NCBI RefSeq assembly: GCF_001194135.2
Contig: NC_068983.1
Span: forward strand, 2,950,188-2,984,627
Origin: Octopus bimaculoides
Taxonomy: Eukaryota
Direction of reading: 5' to 3'
Length of the DNA stretch: 34,440 bases
Part shown: positions 22,620-32,290 of the stretch, one piece after another
Layout: each line of letters begins with the position of its first letter
Numbering within the stretch: the stretch's first letter is position 1
Translations under genes and position numbers: made by a program
The notes under the pieces: model-generated
The model's database searches: none
The model's input: the letters and a program-made list of their open reading frames with translations, nothing else
Told to the model about the DNA's origin: nothing

Positions 22620-23339
22620 ATTATTATTATTTTTTTTTTTTTTGCTTGTTAGCGTTGAGGTCAGTTTGTAATTCCAACCTAACACATTTTCAGTTCTCTT
22701 TAATAATTTTCTCCTCCAGTCCTGTGTCGTTTCTAATCAGTTCTATTTAATGGAAATTATTTAAAAATATTTCTTACAATTGGTGACTGAGATGAAATGA
22801 CTACAAACATCAACCATTTCACAACAATTCATTTGCTATTTTTGACCAGCAATAGAAACAATACAAATCTGAAGCTTTTCTGTCGTTTCTAAATGCATGG
22901 ATAGCGTCAACGATACTCGAAACCGGATGCGCAGTCAATTGATTGGAAGCGTTCATACAGTCAATAGCGTTCGCCACAGTGATTTCATGTTGATTTCGTG
23001 TCTCGAACTTTGCCGCTAAAACTTAATCTGCAGAGGGAAATGAAACAGACAGCGAAACTAAAGAAGCAGACATCTTGTCGGACAAACTCCATGGAACATA
23101 AAGCTATATAAATATTCACTTCCATCTCTTTATGTCTGACAACATTTGCCACACGGCTTCACTACTTTTGTTTTCAGGTTTTACCGGTCACCATAGCCAT
23201 TCGCTAATCAACCGGCGCCTCTAGCTGATTGTTAAACAACCGGTAACAGTGGGGATTTCCGTAAATAACCTCACTAATTACCGGTTCTAATAATCTTTAC
23301 TACTGTTGCTGCTAGTACGACTAATACTAATACTATTGC

Positions 23340-23455
23340 TAATAATAATCCTTTCTACCAACGACACAAAGGTTTGAAATTTGAGGGGAGGGGTCAATGT
23401 AATCGGCTTACCCACTTCCCAAAATTGCTGGCCTTGTTTCAAAATTTGAAACCAG
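23340..23455 (-). mobile_element. SINE family C-related 3' tail fragments
   Basis: taataatcctttcta...cacaaagg..tgaaattt..ggggagggg and ccaaaattgctggccttgt resemble the family C tail at 25684-25740 and 15623-15650. Confidence 0.55.
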
Positions 23456-24377
23456 TATATATTTTATTTTCATTCGTTTGGCATGGACTGAAGACAATGT
23501 CACACATGTTTCAGTCTTTTCGCCCTCATTAGCGAAGTTTATCCTTTACTGCAATTATCGAAGAAATGTTTCCTTATGTCTTCATAATTACTTACTCAAT
23601 TCATAAGTTCAAGAGTCCCGTCCCTCGCCTATCGACGACTTTTTTTTTTCGAATCTCCTCGATTCTGGAATGTCTTTTCTGCTTCTCTCTGCCTTTTCAG
23701 TTCTGGCTCAGTATTCCGCATCCATTTATTCCCCCGAGGGACGGCCTTCCTCTCTGTTAAGTTTTTTTTAACTTTTGAATTACTATCGATGATTCTATAA
23801 TTTGCTGTTTTTTCTAAGTAGCGGTTTTGGCCCTACACAGATGCATTTTTTGCCTCTGGGAAGAAGTGGTCCACATTAGTCTCACCTCTATCCTTTGACC
23901 AGTCCAGAATGGTACACACTACCAAAAGCTTACTCTTTGCTGGCGTACCTTTCAGGGTTAGAAAGGCATAGAAGTCACCACATCACAGCAAGGTTTGTAC
24001 TTTGTCTTCATAACTAGGAATATCTAAATATTTTTTATGTTATCGTTTCATCACAAGACCTTTGCGTCCTAATTCTTCCCACATGAGTCCCAAAAGCTAC
24101 CAGTTTGCTAGAGAAAGCAGACAAAACTCCCTAAATTACATCCTTTTATTTTTAAATATTCTAAAGACAAGTTAAATAATAGGTTTTTGTTTATCTCTGA
24201 AAAAAAAAAGGTGGAGCGGTCGCGGTTGGAATGACTGTCTACCATCATATGCCTGTCTGCTCGATTAACTTTGGTCTTGAACTAAAACAAACAACAGCAG
24301 CGACAACAACAACAACCAATTCTTCAGATATTTGTTCTGTTTCATGAATTCTTCCTCCACCTTATTTCACTCTCCAT

Positions 24378-24652
24378 TTGTTTTTCTCTCTTTCAAGCGG
24401 TCCTGTCGTCTTACCACACATCTCCTCTTCCCCTTCACCCTTCTCCTCTCCTTCGCCCTCCTCCTCCCCTTTCACCCTCCTCCTCCCCTTCACCCTCCCC
24501 TCCCCTTCGTCCTCCCCTTCGCATTCTGCTTCCCCTTCTCGCACTCTACCCTCTTCCCTTCTTCCTCTTCCGCGTCATTCTCTCTAGTATTTCCCTTTTT
24601 TCTTTCCTCCTGTGTTTACTTCCTCTTCCTTCTACCATAACTCCCCTGACAT
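24378..24652. repeat. Pyrimidine-rich low-complexity tract (CCTTC/CTC units)
   Basis: About 270 nt that are overwhelmingly C/T on the plus strand, running into a gap. Confidence 0.9.
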
Positions 24653-24776
24653 NNNNNNNNNNNNNNNNNNNNNNNNNNNNNNNNNNNNNNNNNNNNNNNN
24701 NNNNNNNNNNNNNNNNNNNNNNNNNNNNNNNNNNNNNNNNNNNNNNNNNNNNNNNNNNNNNNNNNNNNNNNNNNNN
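24653..24776. other. Assembly gap (124 N)
   Basis: N run. Confidence 1.
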
Positions 24777-24779
24777 CAG

Positions 24780-24960
24780 CCTCGACGTTTCTGCTCGAAA
24801 TAGCAGCGAAATCTCTCTCAGCTCAAAACAGGATATATCTTATGAACTCTTAAGCAGATCATCTCTAAAAGGACAGGATGGCCATGGTTAGAGTGCTTTT
24901 GATTATACGTCTGTTCGATCAAGCGGGGCTGCTTGGGAGTTAAACAGGAAAAGTGACAAC
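24780..24960 (+). mobile_element. Interspersed repeat family D
   Basis: gaaatagcagcgaaatctc...ggatggccatggttagagtgcttttgattatacgtctgttcgatc; the core is shared with 15117 and 18773. Confidence 0.55.
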
Positions 24961-25036
24961 ATCGACGACGGCGACAGCAACACCAACACTAATACCAGCA
25001 GCATGACGAGTAACAACGTCTCCAGTAATCACGTCA

Positions 25037-25356
25037 ACTGGTTCTCCGTCAGTGACGACGACGAGTGTTGTTCCGATCAACGGAACAGCCAGCACGTGAA
25101 ATTAACGTGCAGGTGTCTGAGTACTCCATAGACACGTGCATCCTTAACGTAGTTCTCAGGGAAATTCAGCGTGACACAGAATGTGACAAAGCCAGCCCTA
25201 AGAATTACAGCTGCCACTCATTTTTGCCAGCTGAGTGGACTGGAGCAACGTGAAATAAAGTATCTTGCTCAAGGACACAACACGCCGTTGGGATTCGAAC
25301 TCACAACCTTACGATTGTGAGCCGAATAACTAAACCACTAAGCCAGGCGCATTCAC
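25037..25356 (-). mobile_element. SINE family B, full length
   Basis: Minus-strand head with A box (TGGCTTAGTGG) and B box (GAGTTCGAATCCC; plus strand 25290-25302), then tgtgtccttgagcaag...ctccagtccactcagctggcaaaaatgag and the shared body. Confidence 0.9.
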
Positions 25357-25525
25357 ACAACCACACTACAAGAAAAAAATGAAAGAAATATCTCCGTGTC
25401 CTGTCCCCTTTGTCGCATTGTAATTGCAGACATAGACAATTCCCCTCCTTAAAACCCTTTTTCTAGAATACCGAATATTTTAAGGACCCTAAAATATGAA
25501 CTGCCGTCATTATGACTGTCAAGGG

Positions 25526-25650
25526 AAAGCGGCGAGCTGGCAGAATGGTTAGTAGAATGGTTAGCACGCCGGGCGAAATGCTTAGCGGTATTTCGTCGGC
25601 CGCTACGTTCTGAGTTCAAATTCCGCCGAGGTCGGCTTTCCCTTTCATCC
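25526..25650 (+). mobile_element. SINE family C, 5' part
   Basis: Matches 22176-22290; contains a small internal duplication (agaatggttag x2). Confidence 0.88.
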
Positions 25651-25656
25651 GACATG

Positions 25657-25740
25657 TTAACGATTCTGCCAGCTCGCCGCCTTAATAATAATAATAATCC
25701 TTTCTACAATAGGCACAAGGCCTGGAATTTGTAGGGTGGA
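25657..25740 (-). mobile_element. SINE family C tail-plus-head junction (two tandem copies, truncated)
   Basis: Minus strand: tail (aaattccaggccttgtgcctattgtagaaaggattattattatt) followed directly by a head (aaggcggcgagctggcagaatcgttaa). Confidence 0.8.
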
Positions 25741-25910
25741 AAATATATCCCTCTCTCTCTTTCTCTCCCTCCCTCTCTGTCACGCCCTTACACTGTACCT
25801 CGCTGTTCTGTTCTTCATATTCTCTTCTTTTGCACTACTTTCATTCTGTCCCACTCTCTTTCCCAGTCTGGCTCAAGAGTTATTTCGTAAACGTTCCGAA
25901 CTATCCATCT

Positions 25911-26037
25911 ATTTGAAGAAAAGCAACAAAAATTCAATAGGTTATAGCAGTACGTACGTTTCGTACAAACTTCATTTATTTGTACGAAACGTACGTACTG
26001 TTATAACCTATTGAATTTTTGTTGCTTTTCTTCAAAT
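25911..26037. repeat. Near-perfect inverted repeat: 59-bp arms, 9-nt loop
   Basis: Left arm 25911-25969 equals the reverse complement of 25979-26037 except G25947/T26001; loop cttcattta. Coordinates exact. Confidence 0.97.
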
Positions 26038-26145
26038 TTTATTCACCAAATCTCTTGACTTTGTTTTTGGTTTTTACCCTACCAAATTCTGGTGCCTCAA
26101 ACATTTTAAGTACCACATTTAATCTTTTAATTAAATCTATATTAT

Positions 26146-26148
26146 CTT

Positions 26149-26183
<35 letters not shown>

Positions 26184-26583
26184 GTCTGTCTGTCTGTCCG
26201 TCTGTGTGTATATCTTGTTTGCTTGTTGCATGCCTGTGTGTGCACCCGCACGTGTGTGTTTGTGCGTATATGTGTGTGTGCTTCTGCATATGTGCGCGTG
26301 CGCGCGTGTATGGGTGTGTGTGTGTGTGTGCGTGCGAGCGTGTGGTTCGGGTTTTGAAACGTTAAACTAATATATTTGTTAAAACTTGCACCCCCTCCCC
26401 TCCCATGTGATCTCCGTTTCACTCACATCGTCTAATATGCATAAAGAAAGACGTATAATGGTGCAGCTAATAGCATTCAAGGTAGATTCTTCGGTTATTG
26501 CAATTATCCCCGCCTCCAGGGAATGGTACAACAATCGCTTGGTGACGAAGAAATAGCTGGAATCCATCAGTATTAATGTCATG

Positions 26584-26616
<33 letters not shown>

Positions 26617-26649
26617 ATGTATACATAGATAAACGGAGGGCAAAAAGGT

Positions 26650-26747
<98 letters not shown>

Positions 26748-26899
26748 GAGAGAGAGGGAGAGAGAGGGAGAGAGAGAGAAAATGATAAACTGAAGTGAAC
26801 TACGTAACAGACAATACTGAACTGACAGTTTAAAGGTAGGCGCACTCATTGGTAGACACCATGACAGCCCGGATTCTTAGCATTACACATATGTACATA

Positions 26900-26934
<35 letters not shown>

Positions 26935-26975
26935 CACGCGCACACATACATATATATATACACATGTATATGTTT

Positions 26976-27020
<45 letters not shown>

Positions 27021-27070
27021 TGACAAATACAGACAGAGGCACAAACAACCTGACAGACAGACACACACAC

Positions 27071-27143
<73 letters not shown>

Positions 27144-27236
27144 TACAGACAGACAGACAAACAGACAAACAGACAGACATACAGATAGACAGACAAACAG
27201 ACAGACAGATAGATAGATAGATAGATAGATAGATAT
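26146..27236. repeat. Microsatellite cluster: (TCTA)n, (TG)n, (TA)n, (GA)n, (CA)n, (GACA)n, (GATA)n, with short unique islands
   Basis: Directly visible; the source of many spurious ORFs. Confidence 0.95.
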
Positions 27237-27694
27237 AGGCGGTACCATGAAATTTAATAAACTGTCTAGTCAGAGAGTGAGAGGATGATAGACAGAATTA
27301 GGGGAGAGGGAGGGAAAAGTGGGGGCGAGAGTGGGGAGAATAGGTGTGCGCGGCGATGTATTTGTGTTTGTCAATGTACTTATGTATTTATGCTTATATG
27401 TATGTATGTGTGTATGTGTGTATGTATGTATGAGGTAAAAGAGAGAGAGAGAGGAAGGAGGAGATGGTGTGAGAGAATATCTCTGAAGAGTATTAACAAA
27501 CTACGTCGATTAGGTCTTTGAAAGGGTATTGGGTGCAACAATCGTAGAAATAACTGCGTCGTTGAGAAGATCAGTGAGCTTAGACAGGAATCTTGGAATG
27601 TGAGTGTGTTTGTGTGTGTATGCGTGTGTGTATGTGTGAGTTTGCGTTTGCTTGTTTGTGTGTGTGTGTGACAAAGAGAGCAAGAGAGAAGGAT

Positions 27695-27735
<41 letters not shown>

Positions 27736-27759
27736 AATGAGATAGAGGGTGTAGCTCTC

Positions 27760-28960
27760 TATACACCAATATACAGAAGATGAAACAATGACAGTGTGTT
27801 ATATGTAGATGAGTTTCGTCTTTCGGTATTTTCTAGAGATCTTCCCTATAGATTTGTTCTGAGAAATTCCTCTCCTAAAATTACAACACGTCATGGATAT
27901 TATTTTTACATCTTTATTGTCAGCGATATTATTCCGTGGAGAAGCCATTAGAAAAGGCTTGTGTTCATACTGCTTTTCTCTCCTTTTGAATCCACACTCT
28001 CTGCTCACATCCCAAAGCAATCTGTTACCGACGCAGTCATATCTGCGTTTATATTCTTTTCCTGATAGCTTACTGCATTCACTTAAAATGTGGTTGATAC
28101 ATTAGCTTCCTTTACCACAGATCAAATTCTTCGTTTGCTCTCTTAGTCTTATCGATTTTTGCCTGTATCAGATTCATTCTAATGCTTTGTTTCTGAACGG
28201 CTATAATTAAAGATTCAACTAACGTTTCGTGCTAACGATTCCGCTAGGTCGCCCTCCTATGTATGTATGTATGTACGTTGCGATTAAAATAAAAGGGGTC
28301 ACACAATTGATTCCATCGCTATAAGATCACCGTTGATGCTGTTACCCCTTCTCATACGTTCTGCTATTGGTTGTGCTTTCACTACGGCGAGATAGTTTAC
28401 GGCTATTTGATCCTTATTCCTAAACTTATGCTAATGAAATAAGCAAATTACAAAACTTGACATCTTCCTAATTATTTGTCCTGTCCTTCCTTCAGTTCTT
28501 GAATCCTGCAATTCAGTAACTTTTTTGGACATTCGTAACCTCCGATCATTTTCTTTCTTCATTACAAGCAACTTCGTTTTACAAACCGAATAACGCAGTG
28601 CTTACAGTGGTACATGTGTTTAGCAATCCTCTGTCCCACATTCCTTTCTTGGGAAGTAGAGGCTAGCGATATCACTCTTAGGGTCATACACGTTGAGTAT
28701 TTTGAGTAGCTTGCTAGTTCTTTTTAAGTTCTGTACCTCTGTCTTTGTCCGTTATAAAAGAGGAGGAGAGCATCTCAGTACTGCATCGTCCATGCATTCA
28801 TTCATTTGATAATATTCCTTTCCTTTAATTTTGTTTTTCTCTTGTACTCTTTATAGATTTTAACCCTCATTTTTCTTATCGCCTTGCAGTACCATTAGAA
28901 ACTTTTACCCTTCACAATATCTCAGCGATATAATCATCTTTCATCTTGCGCACCCTCTTC
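27760..28960 (-). mobile_element. R4/Dong-clade LINE copy 2 (RT thumb to RLE end), heavily decayed, interrupted at about 28200-28400
   Basis: Minus-strand remnants: NVYDPKSDIASLYFPRK, ESLIIAVQKQSIRMNLIQAKIDKTK, and an RLE-like tail ending in VIV..V. Confidence 0.65.
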
Positions 28961-29047
28961 ATAACTGTAACTACCCGTGATCACCAAAACCTGTATACCA
29001 ACATACTTGCTAAATATTCTTACGGTTTCCACAATTCAGGTATTTTT

Positions 29048-29112
29048 GTCATCATCGTCATCGTCATCATCATCGTCATCATCATCATCATCATCATCAT
29101 CGTCATTATTGT
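29048..29112. repeat. (CAT/CGT)n microsatellite ending in ATT units
   Basis: Directly visible; lies at the 3' end of Dong copy 3. Confidence 0.95.
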
Positions 29113-29119
29113 TATTCAA

Positions 29120-30135
29120 ACATTTTTTGCATTTCGCTCCCATGATGGAATTTAGGTGGTTTACTATTAGATAACAAGTCACCACCTCTAACCTCAGACG
29201 TCCTTTGAATGATTTTCATCGTTCTTAATAAGCAAGCCAGTTGCATGTATTTTGTGCCTCTTCAAGTCAGCCTTTTCTGTCGATCCGCCGGTCCTAAAGT
29301 TTCAATGACAACTGATACGATCCCATATTTTCTGCAATCCCATAATCTGCTTATCTTTCTCTTCCGGTTCTGGTATCGATCTACTTTGTTGATGTCTTTT
29401 TCTCTTGTTCTTAGATCAATTGGACAGACCTCATCAATTAAAGATTCCACCTTGCCAGACACCAAGATATATGGTCTATAGTGCTCTAGGACATGATCCG
29501 TTTGGATAGCAATGTCTCAAAGAAGGTTAACCTCATCATTCTCAGTCTCTTGTTCTAGGTCCATGTTAATACCAGTTGTGTTCCGATGGAAGTCCATACT
29601 TCTTACACATTTGCTAGTGGTTCACCTTTGCAATCATATCTCCAACATCTCTACTGTTTCTCTGTGGGAGTTTGGAATATTCACTTTCTATGCAACTTAC
29701 TGATTCTTCTCGTTCAGGGCACAATGGAGATACATTGCCTCCTGTCCTACATTTTGCACAATTTGTCCACAGGGTTCGATCCTGAGCTGCCACCAATCTC
29801 TTTAATGAGAATTCCCTTTTCCAACCAATTCCAAGTGTCTTCACCTCCTTCCGCCTCAGTATTCTTCATAAACTCAGGATGTAAATGCTTTCCCATATAA
29901 CTTTCCTTTTCTCTTTTCAGGTATTTCATCTTTTGTTTGTCCTTCTCTTATTATATCAGCATTGTTCCCTGATGCTAGCAATTATTCAGCGCTTTCATAC
30001 TGATTGAGACCCTTCACTTCCATGTACACACAAACACCCACATTGATAGACCCCCCCCCTTTTCCCCATTTTTACGTTTCATATACAGCATGTCCACATC
30101 CTTCATTTGCAGTGATGATCTTGTTAACACTGGAT
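29120..30135 (-). mobile_element. R4/Dong-clade LINE copy 3 (3' about 1 kb: zinc knuckle and RLE endonuclease)
   Basis: Minus strand: KDVDMLYMKRK, EDTWNWLEKG, C..C.EREESVSCIESE, IQTDHVLEHYRPYILV, IDEVCPID.R, KVDRYQ, ISRLW, IVSVVIETLG. These match the conserved R4/Dong C-terminus; frameshifted. Confidence 0.85.
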
Positions 30136-30715
30136 CGTTTCATTAACTCCCTATCAGGTTGTGTTCTCAAAACTGTTGTCTTTGCACTGTCGTAATGCTG
30201 GCAAAGATTCCAATCTTTGCCAGCACTTTGGGAGACTTTTCATCACTGGACCAAGTGCTGCAATTACAGTTGGTACCACTCTTGCTTTCATGTTCCATAT
30301 TCTCTAGACATCTGATGAGCTTACTTTCAAAACCGGTATAAAAGCATATTTAGTCGATTCCATGATGTGAATTATGTCCCACCAGTTGATTTAAATTCAC
30401 AAAGAAATACATGAGGAACTTGCTTTAGTCCTTCTGGGGCTGACATGTGAATATCAGAATCTGGCTGAAATGGTGAAATTTAGGTACTGAATTCCCTCAT
30501 TTACTCCAAAGTCATTCCAATGCACATATCTGATTTTGAAAGATTCTATTCTCAACTCTGCATATTTTACGATTTTCTCGTCTTCCTTATCATCCATATA
30601 ATCTCCAGGCCAAGCTGCATCGGTCAACAAACACCTCATTACAGTACCTTTCACCACCAAAGTTATGCCTATTCTTTTATGTGCGAGCGAGCGTGCGTGC
30701 TTGTCCTCCACCACC
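30136..30715 (-). mobile_element. R4/Dong-clade LINE copy 4 (RLE domain) split by a roughly 230-bp insertion
   Basis: ITLVVKG..RCLLTDAAWPGD...KEDEKIVKYAELRIE (about 30545-30680) resumes after the insertion as WNMKARVVPTVIAALG...LAKIGIFASITTVQKTTVL (about 30310-30160). Confidence 0.8.
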
Positions 30716-30875
30716 AGAGGACAACCGGTGTTGGAGTGTTTACGTTACCGTAACTTGGCGGATCAGCAAAAATGCCTGGTACATTTAAGCCTGATATTTA
30801 TTCTATAGAACAAGTGCCAGCCTTTAAAAAAACCAGTGCGGGGCTCGATTCATTTAACTAAACATGAATCAAAGC
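30715..30875 (+). mobile_element. SINE family A, diverged 3' portion
   Basis: ccggtgttg...gtttacgttaccgtaacttggcggatcagcaaaa...gggctcgattcatttaactaaa; its 3' part resembles the reverse complement of 398-522. Confidence 0.45.
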
Positions 30876-30929
30876 TGAAACGAGTAAAAGATACAAAAAT
30901 AAAAGATGAATAACCCACGCCCCAGCCTC

Positions 30930-31430
30930 ACCTCCACATACACACACTTCACGTGGAATCTATACCAATAACCAAATTAGCCAGCAACTTCATTTGGAAA
31001 CACGAAAGACACTCAATCATCATAGCTGACAGGATTGTAACTTCAATCATCCACATTCTCAACATTTGGTAATAGATCACTTCTCAAAACCAGAAAGGAG
31101 AAAGCTAATTCCAATCCATCACTGGAACTGTAAAAATCTGTAAAACTTTCCAGAAGTTTATCATTTAAATATGTATGAGCATGTCTAGACATGTCACTAT
31201 ATGCATGAGAATACATACATAAAACATACACATACATACATACATACATACATACATACATACATACAAACATACAAACAAAATTTCCCTGGTTTTGATG
31301 TTGAAATTCCAATGAAGGAGCCTCGGATCTAGGTTAGAAACCGGTTCTTTCTCTATTGGCAAGAAATGTTGAAATAAAACTGAACAATCACATACATACA
31401 AACATACATACATACATACATACATACATA
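30930..31430 (+). mobile_element. Repeat with a (TACA)n tail, possibly Penelope-like (pLTR) derivative, copy 1
   Basis: 31175-31388 is duplicated at 32071-32251. It carries a hammerhead-like ATGAAGG-stem-GAAACCGGTT motif, then AATAAA and (TACA)n. The Penelope assignment is inference. Confidence 0.4.
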
Positions 31431-32070
31431 CATACTTACATGAGTCCTTCATCATTGAAGACATTAATATTAAATATGAAGGAGATAGGCTGCTATATCT
31501 ACTAAGTCAAGTAGTCATTTAATGGTTGTGTCTTTGTGTTTTATTGTTTCATGGGTTATCTTCATTGTCCACAAGTATTTGTGCCAGAGATGTAATATGA
31601 TATCTTTATATTGTACTGCAGCACTGTAGGTGGCTTGTATTAAATAATTATTGTTTTGTAAATGTTATTTGATCTCGGCGGCTTTCTAAATAACAACGGA
31701 AGGTTTCCGTTTCGAAACCTGATCTGCTTTGTTTCCGTTCAGATGTCGTGACTCTAGTGAAAGAAGGCACATTACGTTATGCAATGAGTTAAATTGTAAG
31801 CGAATAGTACTTTTGCTATGACCCCATAAGGTCATTTCCGGTGAGTTTCATATGATGGGGGAGGGAAAAATATGAAAAATGCATGCACCAATGTTGGAGA
31901 AAATTACTGTACGTACATACATTTATATATATATATATATATATATATACATACATACACACGTACGTGCATACATACGCACACTCATATACACGTAGAT
32001 ACATATATACGTACGTACATACGTGCAGACATGCATAGCCATACATACATACATACATACATACATACAC

Positions 32071-32290
32071 ATGAGCATGTCTAGATATGCAACTAAAAGC
32101 ATGAGAAGACATACATAAAACAAAACATAGGAATCTGCATGTATACATGCATACAAACAAAAATACCCTGTTCATGCTCTTGAAATCCCAATGAAGGAGC
32201 CCTGAATCTAGGTTAGAAACCGGTTCTTTCTCTTGAAATAAAACTGAACAAGGACGTACACACATACATACATACATACATACATACATA
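32071..32290 (+). mobile_element. Second, shorter copy of the (TACA)n-tailed repeat
   Basis: Shares atgagcatgtctaga...gcatgagaa.acatacataaaaca...ccaatgaaggagcc...tctaggttagaaaccggttctttctc...ttgaaataaaactgaacaa with copy 1; 15-20 nt are deleted before AATAAA. Confidence 0.7.

Noticed and set aside
25290-25356. tRNA-like sequence with A and B boxes
   Set aside because: It is a SINE head: no complete cloverleaf, and it continues into the repeat body.
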